Shown here: positions 12,858-26,379 of the stretch, piece by piece
How the letters are laid out: every line of letters starts with the position of its first letter
Position numbering within the stretch: position 1 is the first letter of the stretch
DNA from: the human T2T-CHM13v2.0 reference genome, Homo sapiens
DNA: 64,000 nt
Assembly: GCF_009914755.1 (NCBI RefSeq)
Contig: NC_060939.1
Strand: one strand, 5' to 3'
Translations under genes and position numbers: made by a program
The notes under the pieces: generated by a model
What the model was told of the DNA's origin: nothing
What the model saw: only the letters and a program-made list of their open reading frames with translations
The model's database searches: none

Positions 12858-15121
12858 TGGGAACTTTATACTACTAGAAACTTTTAAGATATAATTTTTA
12901 GTAGTTTTACTCCCAGAAATGTCATTAATATTTCTAGAGCTTTAGATCTCTTGGCTTAGACTTTCCCATGTTTACAAACTTATTCTGAGTTTGGAAGCAA
13001 AAGTGACCCCCACTTAATCTGATAATGGGAGGCTACTCCAACTGTTAAAATCCTAACCAATATGTTTTACTTCTAGCTCCTCAACAGCAGCAGGGTAGGT
13101 AGGATGAGTGCTTGTGCCCTCACCTCAACCCATACCTCACCCAGTTCATCTTCTGAGGGCAAATCTTGAAACTCATTGCCATATTCCTGGCTTCCAGTTC
13201 TAGCTCAGCCTAGGGGTTGGTGATTCTTACGTTGTTGTTCCACAGGTTACAGTGACTCTTTTTCTCATCCTGCTGTTATTCTTCATGAATTGGCTTCTAG
13301 GCAACCCAGTAGTGTACATATACCAAAAGGGCTCACCTCAGCCAGCACAGGAGGCTTCTTGAAGTTCTAGTCCTCTTTATGAAACATCCACTGAATTGCT
13401 TCCAAGACTAGGTTACCACTCTAACAAGGCACTCTGCTATACATTCAGTCTTGCTCTTGGCTACTTTAGCCACTGTTGTGTTTCTCTAGCACCCAAGTGT
13501 CACAGAGATTGTTCATGCTCATGTGGCTTAAGGAAAAGTTCCAATAGGAGCTTAATTGTTCAAACTCTCAATATAAATGGAAAACTCTACAGTATAGACA
13601 TCAATAGAAAACAATTTCCAATCAATATTGAAGGCAATAACTTCCTGTTACTTGAGAAAATGTAAAGTGCTATACTAGTCACAATTCAAACACATAGATA
13701 TATAAATGTGTGTGTATGTGTCTACAGAGGGTAGGATTTCTTTCCAGTTGATGAACAAATTCAAAGGTCCTACCACAATTAAAATGAAAAATATTTGTGA
13801 TAATGTTAAACTGACTGAATTTCATTTTTTTGGAAAAATATTCTGAAGACCAACTCATGTAGTACTTTTTGCCTAGAAATATAGTTTCTTTCTCTATTCT
13901 GCTCTAACCTGTAACACCCCCTTCCCTCTCTATCTCACATTCTTTGGCCATCACCCAGAGAAAAATTAATCTAGCCACCTGTCTCTGGGAAGCCTGAGGC
14001 TTTTCTCTGGCTAGTTTGCATTCATCTTTTGCCCTTAACAAATCTGAATATAAAAACAGTACTAAAAACATCTGATATGAAGAGGTGCTTGGTTTACCAG
14101 TGCTGTAAGATAATGGTAGTGGAGGTGTCCATGCTTATTATACCATAGAGTTAAAGTGAAGACTGGATCCAAATCATAACAGAAAAAGAGAAAGAAAAAA
14201 AAAGATAAGTAGAGACATAACAAATAGAGGGACCAGGAAACATTCAGCATTAAATATGTAACCTCATTAAATAGTCAACATTCAAATTTACATGGGCAAG
14301 GCACCACGAACATGACATTGAGAAGGTATATCTCAATATGCAAGACATTGCAAGATGGGAGGTGGGGGAGGTTAAGGGAATGTGCTGGCTGACATGGTCA
14401 GTGGTCTGTGTGCTGCCCTTCAGTGCATAATCAGGCAAGGAGTTATGTGCACATGTTCTATGCTAAGATGAACCAAACACCAACCTTCAAGGCAAGGCGC
14501 GGCCATGCCACAGGACACCAAGAGCAGACTGCTGGCCTGCAGCAGCATGCCCACTCCATGGCCATTCCTAGGAGCAGAGCCCTGCACTCTGGCTAGAGGA
14601 GGCAAGACTCTTTGTGGGCTAACCAGCCTTCTTTCCTGTGAGTCCTATATTGCTGGCCAGGGGATAAGGGACATTCTCCAAATAGAGCCTCACATATTAC
14701 AATCACTTAAAAAAGTAATAAGAGCACAATAAAATACATTATTTTCCTTTCCTGATCCTCTTTGTTATACATGAATCACATGAAAAGCTGTTAAAAATGT
14801 TAAAAGTTTAGAAATTTCCAAGGCCACTAATGTGCTATGTAAGTAATACTGCACAGTCAGTCTTGGCTTTAAGGAAACTCTGCACTGGTAGATGAGGGGC
14901 CTCAGGGCTCACTCACTCACTAGGCACAGAGAACATGTCTGTCAACCCTGCCACAGGTTGCTTTTCTAGAGGCCTGGCCTCTACTTCCAGCATGCGTGTG
15001 CACGCACACATGGGCACACAAGTGTACACACACATTGTTCGAGTGACTCTTGGGATTTCAAGGTCAAAGTAAACACATACTCACAGTTTTGAATAAAACA
15101 AGCACAGGTGAACATGTGTAT

Positions 15122-15126
<5 letters not shown>

Positions 15127-15162
<36 letters not shown>
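15127..15162. repeat. (CA)18 microsatellite in the PEAK1 3'UTR
   Basis: Counted directly from the sequence. Confidence 0.95.
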
Positions 15163-15165
<3 letters not shown>

Positions 15166-16613
15166 CCCAGTGGAAGGAACGCTCATCTCTTAGCGCAAAT
15201 ATGTGCCAAGGGAAGAAGGGGGAGGGTTTCTGTAGACTCGCTTCAGGTGAAGTTGCAACATAAACACTGTAATATACAGCTAAAAAAATACATACAAAAA
15301 TTGCACACATATCCATAGAAGGGGAGCACAGGCTGCACACATGGTGAACAGCTCTCAATCACCCACCTCAGCAATCAGAATTCCTGTGAGCTGTCCTCCA
15401 GAGCCATTTTACAGAGTCAGAAGGAGCAATGAGCCACTTAAACACTGGGAGGCAGTCTCTCTAGAAGAGGTCAACATTCTGAGGAGGTCAGCAGTCTCAT
15501 CAGTGGCCTTCTTCCTCTCCCCTGCCTACGGCCATCCCAACAGCCCACCTCACTGTGCCCTCTAAAGGAGATCTTAGAGCTCCACTGACAGCTATTTCAT
15601 TCAGGGCAATTGTTTACAGCATTTGGTAAACTAGTTAACACTGGCTACTGATAGAAGGGAGCTGGCCAATTACTGCTCGGGGAAAACTGCAAATGCTGAC
15701 AGTTCTGACAGTAATCAAAGGGTACTTTAAACTCTGTTTCCTGATGGCCCCTAGAGAATTGCACATGCAAGAAAATCATCTCCTCATGCCCTGCCAGCTA
15801 TTTATAAGCTCTGAACTGCACTCCACCCTGCTGAGGCATTGGTGACACCACCTTGGGTCAGCTCTGTAATGGGCCACAAGTGGCTGATAAATCCAAACTT
15901 CACTGGCAAGTGGGGACAGAGTGGAGAATCAGGCAGTGGCAGCAGAGGGGAGACTATTAGGGCTGTCCTCCATGCAGTGCACATACTTACAGATAATGGC
16001 AATGAAAATGGGTCTATGACCCAAGGATGGGATCTCTCCTTTTCTTTCTACTCTCTCCTGGAACAAAAGATATAGTCCCTGGTAACCAAAACTGGGCTGA
16101 TGCTAAGGATGGCAGTCCTGCCTAGTAAGTCAGTTGTTGACACCTTAAAGGAAGAGTCTGTTGTCAGAGTCTACTGGGTCGTGGTAGAGACTGGTTAAGT
16201 CTGTCTACTGCTAGTGAGAATAAATACTTGGTGCTAAAAAGATAGGTGATATCCAGAATTATGGAGGAAATGGACACAGCTCACTGGCTGAGTTCATACC
16301 AAAGAAGCTGTCCCTTCAAGAATATGGATTTTCATTTTTACCTGCATTTATGGGACTATTAGGATAGAAGGTGTTTCAAGGGAAGGCAACTGCAAGTTTG
16401 TGCAGCTGAATTTCTGTAAAGTTAAGACAGACTCAGCTTCTCATTCAATCTGGGGCAGTGGATAACCTTTCTGAATAGACCCACTTGTTCACGGACAGGG
16501 ATAGAGGTTTGTCTTTCTTCTTTCCTTGAATTTGGAGTGAGCACTAGGGAGGGGAAGTGCATGGGTGACATGAAGAAGGTGAAGATGTAGTAAAAGCATC
16601 ATCCAGGTACACA

Positions 16614-17777
16614 TTAACGGTGCTGCAGAATTTTCACAATACAACTGAGGGAGTCTGTAGTGGCAAAAGCCAAATACTGAGCACAAAGCCAGTCCTCAAG
16701 GCTGATTCCACCTTCCCTGTCCAGGGACTTCTCAGCAAACTTGATCATGAGCAGTGTTCGCTTGATGTCTAGCCAGTTTTGGAGCAGGGTGTTCCTCTGT
16801 ACTAGGCTAGGGCAGGCGGTGAAAGTCTGGAAGAGATCTTCGCGGGGGCCCCAGAGCAGACACTGGAGGATGCCTTTGGCGTCTGAAATGAGGATCCGCT
16901 CAGAAGGGTTGGGATTCAGGAGGCAGCTGGCCAGCTGCTGCAGACCCCGGGAGTAGGGGGAGCGGAATGGGATGCGAGGCAGGTCTGCTCGTGTGTATTC
17001 CCTCTCCTTCAGCTCTGGGTTCTCATCAAAGGGGTTGGGTAGGTGCAGCATCTCATAGATGAGGATGCCTGTCTGGAACTCATCACACTTTTTATACTGG
17101 GTAGCTGTTATGATCTCTGGGGCAAGGCGAGACTGGTCCCGGAGGATCTCGGGGTCCACCAGATGGCTCTTCTGCTTGGCCTGAGAGAAGTTGCTCACTA
17201 TAAGCCTAGTGGGATAAGATGAGGTGGGGGTGGGCTCTGCAGGCCCAAAGCCTTGGGCAGTCCCCCCAGGCTGGTAGTGGACAAGTAGCAGGTTCTCTAG
17301 GCGTAGATCGCAGTGAGTGACATGGTAGGGTTTGAGGTGCTCAAGACCAGAGCATAGCTGTAAGAGCAGCAGACACACCTGCCTCTCATACAAATCAGGG
17401 CTTTTCCCATGCTGGGCCAGAGAGTCTCGCACAAAATCAGCCACAGTAAGACATGGAACCTCCCTGGTGATGACCACAACGTGGCTCCTCTGCTTCTTGC
17501 TCATGACTCCCTGATTCTCTTTCTGGGATGATGCTGCTTCAGAACAGGGCTTTGGGTTTTTCCCATCCGTTTCTCCTTTGGCGTCTTCTTCAGTCTCTTC
17601 CATGTCATCCTCATCCTTTTCAGGGTCATCTGGATCCTCCCAGGGAAGCAGACGGTTAGGGACTTCAGCAAGGAAATGACCACAGTCCTGCTGAATGTTA
17701 AAATGGACAGCCAGACTCTGCCGGACAGCCAAGCTGTGATAATACTGCTGAGATTCTTTAGCTTTGCTCTTACAGAT
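16614..17777 (-). CDS. PEAK1: PEAK1 terminal coding exon: most of the pseudokinase domain plus C-terminal SHED helices (about aa 1360-1746 and stop)
   Basis: The ORF reads ICKSKAKESQ...HCDLRLENLLL...NFSQAK...LAPE...IVKILQHR*, matching PEAK1 (HRD->HCD, DFG->NFS, APE retained). Acceptor is ttttattatctttcag|ATC at 17778/17777, phase 0. Length 1164 nt = 388 codons including TAA at 16614-16616. The first 8 residues in the ORF track are intronic. Confidence 0.98.
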   Translation of the reverse strand: MCKSKAKESQQYYHSLAVRQSLAVHFNIQQDCGHFLAEVPNRLLPWEDPDDPEKDEDDMEETEEDAKGETDGKNPKPCSEAASSQKENQGVMSKKQRSHVVVITREVPCLTVADFVRDSLAQHGKSPDLYERQVCLLLLQLCSGLEHLKPYHVTHCDLRLENLLLVHYQPGGTAQGFGPAEPTPTSSYPTRLIVSNFSQAKQKSHLVDPEILRDQSRLAPEIITATQYKKCDEFQTGILIYEMLHLPNPFDENPELKEREYTRADLPRIPFRSPYSRGLQQLASCLLNPNPSERILISDAKGILQCLLWGPREDLFQTFTACPSLVQRNTLLQNWLDIKRTLLMIKFAEKSLDREGGISLEDWLCAQYLAFATTDSLSCIVKILQHR

Positions 17778-19150
17778 CTGAAAGATAATAAAACAATTCA
17801 AAACTCACACTCTCATAACCAGGTTTATGATGTATCAGGGAAGATTAACTGGAAGGTGACTGGTTAGGGACAAACGATCATATAGTAAAGTTGTTCGCAA
17901 GGCTTGCCCCATGTTAAGTGGCAATAATAATGGTGGTAACCATTTCTCATGGTTGTCTACATGCCAGGCTGTGGTGAGCACTTTAAGTGTACCATTTTTA
18001 GTCCTCACATTAACCTTTCACAGTAGATTGAGGATCTAAGAATTTAAAAAAGAAAAAAAGCCCGGGGTTATGTGTGCAAACCTGTTTGTTTAATGCCAAA
18101 GCCTGCTCTTTCCACTATAACCTTGCACCTCATCAGAACAACAACAATGAAATAATTTTTCTCTTACTTCTGTAGAGGTTTGTAGCCCAGAATGATACAG
18201 CAGGCCAATGGACTCATAATGGAGACCAAAATACCTTATTTCATCACCCATCGCCCTTTGTGTCAACATCTCACAGCTTAGGAGAGTGATATAACATTGG
18301 CCAGGTAAACTGTGGGTTTTCCTAACTTTTCAATGAATGTCATTGTGATGGTCACAACACTGGCACTCATGGTTCACTGGTAGGGTTGAGAGAGTCACTG
18401 GTCTGACCTAGTCAGAACAAAGCCAACATTTCAATGGTGGTTTTCTGAGTTTTATGCTTTCTCTTAACAGGCCTCATTTAATACCCGCTATTGAGGCAAT
18501 AAAACCTTTCATAAAGAACTTTACTAAGTGGTTATGGATCAAGGAAGAATTTTTTGATCAAAAAAAGTTAGCCAAGAGTTCTACATACTGTGACGATTCT
18601 ATTTCTACTCTTAAGGGGTTATCAAAGCAAAAAGTAAGTAAAACCACCCCCAAATGGGTTATTCTCATGCTATAGAGAGGCTGACCGTGGAAGACTGAGT
18701 CTCTAATACTAGTTCATGGATCATAATAGTCTGGTCTGGAGTCTGCTCCACAGCCCTGTTAACTGAGGGTCATTCTCTGCTCTCCCTCCTCAGCAGAGGC
18801 ACACTGCCACATTACAAATATCAAAGGCTCCCAGGAACATGCACTCTCTGTAGTGTTTACACTGCATGTTTATTACAATAATACAGAAAAGCAAAACTTA
18901 AAAAAGCAATTTCTAGTCATTTTTATTTAAAAAGAAAAATGTACACATTCTTAGGAAGATTCAGATAGGACCCAGTTCTGAGAAGCAGCACATTCTGATT
19001 TCCATTCAAATAGATTAAAAAAAAAAAAAGATCAAAGACAAGGGAGTCTCAGCGGAGAAAAGCATCTCTCTCTCTCTTTCTCTTATTCTCTAGTTTATCA
19101 TATTTACTACAGTTAAAGAAGCCTGATATCAGTGATCAGTGCCATGGAAA

Positions 19151-19157
19151 TCAATCA

Positions 19158-19202
<45 letters not shown>
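19151..19202. repeat. (TCAA)2(TCTA)11 tetranucleotide STR
   Basis: Counted directly from the sequence. Confidence 0.95.
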
Positions 19203-19203
<1 letters not shown>

Positions 19204-19709
19204 ACCTCAGCACAAGTTCCTTCAAGTCTTCTACTACCTATCTAATTCAGTTTGAGGATATACTAAGTATTTCTTTTTTAAGCAAACTTCTGGTCTTGAA
19301 CAGACATCCCCAGCCTGAGTTCAAGTTCAAACATATATCTTTCAGAAAATATTATCTCTGGAAAGCTCTCGAAGTCTTAGTATATGCAGTATAATATATA
19401 ATCCTATATGCTCATCAATCATAACATTTGTTATTTTTGTAACTGCACTGTTGGCAATATTTCACATTTAAGTGTTACCAGGTATTTAAAAATTCTATAC
19501 TAGTCATTGTTTAGTTGTATAGGAGTTGGATCCAGCACATGGCACCATTATCCCCATTGCCAGTTAAATTTGCTCAATATTATATTGTCTTCTGGAATGA
19601 AAGCTCAAGGGTCTCAACTCTTCATACCACTAAATTTGGCTGAATCAGATTGGATGGTTAAACTCTAGCTGTTACATTATAAAAAATGACACTCTCCAAG
19701 GGCTTGGGA

Positions 19710-19900
19710 GGCCTGGGATTTAGCTTTGCTACTAGCTGTATAACCTTGAGCATTTCACTAATTTCTCTGGGTCTCAGTCTCCCTATTAAAGGAGACAATA
19801 TGAAGAACACTGAAATCTACTTCACAGGGCAGTTGTGAGGATTAATTGGGATCAAGTATATAGCGTACATCTGTAAACTACAAAGTTGTACAAATGCAAC
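19710..19900 (+). mobile_element. MIR
   Basis: actagctgtataaccttgagca...cttcacagggcagttgtgaggattaa. Confidence 0.7.
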
Positions 19901-22619
19901 ACTGATAATGACTAAAGCAGTTAACAACTTGCAAATGTCAAACTAATGCAATCTTAGAGAATCCTAATTTTTTGAAACAATGAGCAAAACAGAAAAATAA
20001 ATCTTTATTTTGAGTCCCGACAGCCACCTGCCACAGCAGTGAGGCTCTCTGATCACAAATTTGATAGAGGACAGACAAAAAGAAACTGCTAACATTCAAT
20101 ACCTCCAAGCCAGGGTCAGCCCTGACAAACAAGTTAACACCAGCAGTATGTTAGAATCCAAGACAGGGCAACCTAAAGCTATGAGAGAGAATTGTTTGGC
20201 CAAGTCTAGTTTTTAACTATGTCAAGTCAGGCTGAAAAAAAAAACTGTGACCTTGTAGTTTAATATTAGAAGCAGAGAAGGTATTCTAATTGTGACTCGT
20301 ATTTTAATTGTGATATTCTAATTATATCTAGACATTCACACAGACACACACATTTTTATAAGGTCCTCCAGAGCTTTGTGAGTAGACAAGAATGTGGATA
20401 CTACAATAAGAATTTATGTTTAGCTTCACAGATCTACTTGAGATAAAGGATCAAAGTGATTTACGAAGAAGAAATGATAAATTGTTTCACGATTTTGGAT
20501 GCTCTAAAGGAAAATGGTCTCCCTAGATAGATAACCTGAGTGGGCAGCACTTCCTTATCTCTTCATTTTATAATACATAGACAGGTTGAAGAATAATGAG
20601 TCACTCTAGCTTTAAGAGCAAAGGCAAAAGGGAGAAGACTAGAGTGTAAAAGAGGAGGGAAAAAGAGTGATTTTACTTGGTTCATAACCCTGAAAACAGT
20701 TACAACCCAAACACAGACCAATGGAGATTTCCATAATAGGATTTTGCTTGATGGGTATCTCATAAATCTTTATTATGGAGCCTGCAATGATGTTAATTTA
20801 GGTAGGAGTATTATATTATTCTAGGTACCACATTGTAGCCATTTTTCAAATATTAATAACTCCTTTAGTTAAAAAAAAAACCTCAAAATGACCTGACTTC
20901 AGATAACAAATTTCTAGTTCAAAAGTTATTTCAGAAAACAAACCAATTTTTCAGAACAAATGGATAGGGTTCTTCCTGTCAAATTTTTTCCTTCTGCCCT
21001 TACCCAGTATTTTCTCTACCAGGGATTAAAGTAACTTCTTCTTGGCTCTCATTATCTTTCTTGAAAAGAATTCACATTCCTTCTTTATAAAGAGTAGCTG
21101 GCATCTCAAGAGTAGCAGGAGGAATCTCAAGAAAGATTCTACTTGTTCATGCCAGCTACTCTTTAATCTATAAATGATTACTTCAGGACTCCTCCTAGGA
21201 CCCCCAAAATTTAAAAATAGGAATAAAAATAAACTAGAACTGGAATGGTCCTACATCTTCATTAAACATTCCCTTTTCTAATAGGGGAAAAATCACCTCA
21301 TATTTGCCTTGGCTATGTTTGGGAAAATCTACTTAAAATGCTGTGAATTTGGCAGATTCTGTGCTGTCTATATTTTCTGAAAGGCAAGAAAAAATGCTAT
21401 GAGAGCCTGAGCCACAGTGACACTAGAGGGAGCTGCAATATCAATATCCAGGAGTCATTTACTTATAAACTGTGCAGCAGGAGAACAAAACCAGGCTGCT
21501 GAAGGTTGAATCTTCTTGTAAAATACACCATAGGGCCTCTTTCTGGATAAGCTTTTGCTTCTATGATGCTGGCAATACCAAATGCATGCCAAGGGAACTC
21601 CTCGTGTGAAGAGCACAGACAGGAAGAGAAGCCCATCCTGGGCACAGTGACCCTCGCCCACTTGCCAGCTCACAGGAAATGCCCGCTTGAGCTATTCTCC
21701 AAAGGAGTCAGAGGAACATCAAAAGGGACAGCCAGTCAGCTGGTATATACATATGCACCAACATGAATAACCTACAGTTGCAAAAACAGAGGCTTGAAGG
21801 GAAACTGGCTGCTTGTCTGGGTTAATAAAGATCAGTGAGGACAGAGAAGGGAAAAATATTAATTCATTATCAATTGATCATTCAAACAAGTATCTCATGG
21901 CTCCTGAGCACTTCCCATCTGTAAGACACAGCATCCTGAAGCATTCTGACCAGATTCCTAAATACAGAGGGTGGGGACCCTTTAACCACTGATAAATCAT
22001 CTGTTGGAAAACTGGGGGAGAGGGGAAACAACATATTGTCTTCCAGAATCATAGCCAAATTACCCTCTCCTGAGACCTTCTCAGACTCGGGTCAAAGAAC
22101 CCAACATTTACAATCTTAGCAGGGAAACAGAGCTTGAAAATGATTCATCATGCACAACCTGAAAAGTTTAATTCCAAACATACATTTCAGTTCAGGGGCT
22201 CATTTTCCATGTTGCTCATGACAACTGCCCTGCATACCTTTAAGGCAAATTTGTCATTAAAAAGCATTTATGTTTGTAATAACTTCAACCTAGACAGCTA
22301 ACTTCTAAAAAGTAGACCATCAGGGGCTTTGACTGTAAAGTCCCATTAAAAATAGCTGGGGAGAAGATAGTGCTGTCTAACACTACTGAACCTTTCAGAA
22401 TGATCACAAAGCCTGGGACCTGTGAGAGGACATACCTCTTGATGCTCTCTCAACAACAGATACTCTGTTTAAGGCAACTAAGTCAGAGGGATAGGGGGAA
22501 AGGTGGACCTGTGCAAAACTGGATGATATGACTATGGAATTAATCTGTCGTTGAATGGCATGCTGTTACTCATTCTTCTTCATTGACCCTTTTTCCCAAA
22601 GGTTCCGTGAAGTGCTGGT

Positions 22620-23780
22620 GTTTGGAGTGCCTGCTCTCCATCCTAGTTTTTCATTGACAAACTCTCTTCCGCAAGCTTGCTCATAGCTTCAACCATGTCA
22701 TATACACTACTGACTTCCGTGTCTACATTTGTAACGCACCCTTGTCTTTGGGCTTTAGGCTCATCTATACAATGACCTACTTGATTTCTTCCCATATATG
22801 TCCTAACCCATAGATTACTTAAACTCAACATAACCAAACCTGAACTCTCCGTCCCACCAAACTCACTGCTTTCCCAGTACTCCCTCTCTTGATGAATGGC
22901 TTTGTTACCTGGATGAGAAACCAAATTCACTTTGGATTTCTCCTGCATCTTCACTCCCTATGGCTAATTAATTATCAACTCTCATTGACTTTTCTTCTAA
23001 ATAACTTTCAAATTATCCTCTTTTCTCCATCTCTATTGCTACCTTCATCACTTGCCTGGACAACCACAAAAGCTTTCCAACTGGTCTGCCTGCCTCTAAT
23101 GTGATCCCCTCGAATACATCTTCCACATGGCTACAGAGCCATTAAAAAACAACAGCTGGTATTTCCTCCTTATTTAAATTTCCTAGCGGCTCCGCTTTAT
23201 CCTCATAGGAGAAAGTCCTGGCCTTGCCTCCCTTTCCAGTCCTACTTCCCACCTGTGTTCCATTTGCTCTTACTATATTGAGCTATCTGCAGCCGGCCAC
23301 CCACTCTACCCTCCAGGTGTTCTCTCAGTTTGGGGCTCCTTGTCACCCCTCATCTGCCTGAGGGATTCCTACTTCTTTTAAAGCCCTTCTCAGGCATTAC
23401 TTTATCAGAGAGAGGAAGTGCTAAATACCCTAAACCCCCTTTCTGTGTTACTTCTATATCTTGTACATATCTCTATTATTGCAGTTATCACATTTTTTAT
23501 CTTTAAAAAATTTTTGTTTTTTATAATTTTTTTCAATTTTATTTTAGATTCAGGGGGTACATGTGCAGGTTTGCTACCTGGGTATATCTCATGATGCTGA
23601 GGTTTGAGGTACAACTGATCCCATCACCCAGGTACTGAACACAGTACCCAACAGTTTTGCAACCCTTGTCCCCTTTCCTCCCTCCTCTGACATTTTTTTG
23701 TCTATCTTACAAGCAGATACTTGTATCTTTAGGGCCTAGCACAGAGCAAGGCACGTAGTACTTGCTCCATATGTCTGTAA
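22620..23780 (+). mobile_element. L2 fragment
   Basis: acttaaactcaacataaccaaacctgaactc, cttgcctggac and an L2 3'-end motif cctagcacagagcaaggcacgtagta. Confidence 0.65.
23490..23690 (-). mobile_element. Short 5'-truncated L1 3' end (older L1PA type) inserted in an L2
   Basis: ttttagattcagggggtacatgtgcaggtttg is a typical L1PA 3' end. A T-rich tail and flanking repeats acatttttt(t)RTCT are present. Confidence 0.8.
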
Positions 23781-26046
23781 AAGATTCTGAGAAAAGGCAG
23801 CATCTGATCCAGTGCTGCCATAGGGCTTATTTACTCGGAACAGGTAGAATATATGAACAGCTTTTATGAAACAGATAAAAGTTGGCAAGGTGATGGGGTG
23901 GGGGCAACGGCAGATAAACCTGAATAATAAACACTCATGAATGACCTGACTACACAAATGAGTGAAATCTGATCAGTGAGGGCTGTCTGTTGAGTCCAGG
24001 CTGCCCTGGGGGCTTGCTGATTTTGTACTGCACAAAACTACAAAACAACATGGCTCTCTGTCATTCGATTCAATTTTCTCTCCTTTGCCCCAAAGAAAGC
24101 AATAATTACAAAATATAAGACTCTTCAAAAATATTCTACATTAGCTCTGATTTTTCCATTATGGGCCCAGTATGCCTTCAGCCTACTTCCAGTTTATCAG
24201 CAGGGAATCTCATTTCCATCTCACTCTATGCATTCTATAGTGCCTCAGTGAACCTTAAGTGAGATGGATGCTATAGGGAATGAATTGTGGAGGGACAAAA
24301 ATGAGAAACATTAACAATCATACACATTACACCATCTGTGCCATTTTGTCATATCACACAAAAGTACAACTGCAAATGGGAGTGAGCATAGAATGAAACC
24401 CTGCAACTTCTAAATTGATATCCAGTATTTGGTATAATCCCACTCTAAGAATACAGGCTGATCAGTGATTGACCTCAATTCCTTGATCTGCCTAGGAGGA
24501 GTATTGCTATACTTGCTGCTACAGAGCTAAGACCCACACACACTCAATGCTGTTACAACTATATTCAAAATAGATTAAGTGTTTAATATATAAAACGCTG
24601 TGTGGGCCCAAAGTACTCAGGACTCCATGTTGTAGGAATCTGCTATGAGAACTGTTGGGTAGGCCAGATAATTTACAGCTTGAATTGCTGCAAAAATGTT
24701 CACATGCCCAAGAAAGTGATTTTGGATCCTAGAAGAGAAATTCAAGAAGGTAACTGTGTAAGATTTCACCATTTTATTTGTGACTTGTACTCACCAAAGC
24801 TTTTCACTCTCCCACTCAGCATGTGTATCCAATGAAAATAACTTGTGTTCCTGAGCCAGTAATTTAGGCTGACAGAATGATGCCCAGGATGTTCACACTA
24901 GAGAAACTGAGGCACAGAGTAGTCCAATAACCAGCTCAGGGCCCACATTAGGAATTCAATTAACTTGAATTCCAACTTGTGATTCTCAACTATATCCTCT
25001 CACCTCATTAATTAAAGCCATGCTCCCTTTTCCCACCAGACAACTCATTTTGATTCCAGGTTTACACAAACATCCAAAACCTCTCCTTCCTAAATCAATT
25101 CCCAGTTGAGACTCAGGTGCTTCTGTATGCACTGAGCCTGAAACAAAACGGACACAAAACTAGGATGGCCATGAGTATGTGTAGTTGGCTGCTGATCAAT
25201 CACTTTCTGTAAAGTTTCACTGTTAAAAATATTTATTTTGAATTATGAAAGTGGAAGTGGTTTCCCCTCTAGTTTTTTCCTCACCACTAAGCCAGTAATT
25301 AATTGTCTGTATATATAGTCTGAACTAGTTGTAAATTCCTACCAATCATAGTTGTTCCTGTAATGCTTTTTCATTTAGTATCTTGTTTTGTCAGCATCCA
25401 CCCAAATGAGATAAACGGAGACTCTGGAGTCAAAAATGCAGTAAAAGATGTTGGTCTCCACAGTTCACCTCTACATTATTACAAGCTTTTAACAAGATTC
25501 TGGCATAGCCGGAAGAAAGGAAGCAGCCCCGCTTTTGTAACAGGGAAGTGTACATCTTTACTGAGTTTTGTGTGTTCTATCCTTGAGAACAAAGACTGGG
25601 ACTACTTTAAAGATACCTACTATCCCAATTCTGGAACTGTTGGAAAATAACTAAAAAATTTATACTTTTTGCTTATGTGAAATTTTTAGCATCCTCTTCA
25701 AAGTAACTGCATCCAAATTTCCTCTGTGGTCTCGCATGGTAGTACTTTTTATAAAATGATCTCATAAGTGCAATGAAAAAACAATATCTCAGTGATACTA
25801 AGCCATAATTTTGCCAACTGTCCATCCTGATTCTAAGCAAAAGGCTGTCATTTTTCCATCAAGAAACAACACTGAGACACAGCAAGGTCAGTTTACTGCT
25901 TCAGGCATGAAATAATAGGAGAGGTTCTACCTAGGAGTCAGGAGGTAGCCTGCCACGAAGATGGTGTCCCCATGCAGAAGTGATTGTTCCTCTCTGGCCT
26001 TAGTTTCCCACTGTGTAGAATGGTGAAGGCCCTTCTAAAATTGGCT

Positions 26047-26130
26047 TTAGTCTACTATGAGGATATGAGGGATTAGTCTACTATGGATTTAGATATGAGG
26101 ATTTAGTCTACTATGAGGATATGAGGATTA
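26047..26130. repeat. Three-copy imperfect tandem repeat, unit about TTAGTCTACTATGAGGATATGAGGA
   Basis: TTAGTCTACTATG occurs three times at 26-30 bp spacing, each followed by GATATGAGG. Confidence 0.85.
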
Positions 26131-26379
26131 TGTACTTGGTCAGTGCTTACCCAGATTCTTTGAAAGGGAAAAAGCAAGGTAGATTTTTATTTAGAGAACA
26201 GGGAAGTTAAGTTCAGGCTTAAGTTTATGTTAAGTTTTACTTTGCGAGCAGGAATATTTAAGTTAACGGCAGAAGGCCAGCCAATATATAGCCCACAGAG
26301 ACAGACAATGCAATCTGGGTGGTGGCTCATCAAATGGGGAAGAGAGGATAAAAGAAGATATGGATGAGATGGAAAATGG

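Noticed and set aside
14981-15358. 125-aa minus-strand ORF in the 3'UTR
   Set aside because: Kept open by TG repeats; low complexity.
17778-17801. N-terminal MNCFIIFQ of the 395-aa ORF
   Set aside because: Intronic polypyrimidine tract upstream of the acceptor, not a real start.
26047-26130. CRISPR-like repeat array
   Set aside because: Repeats are adjacent with no unique spacers, the context is mammalian and there are no cas genes.
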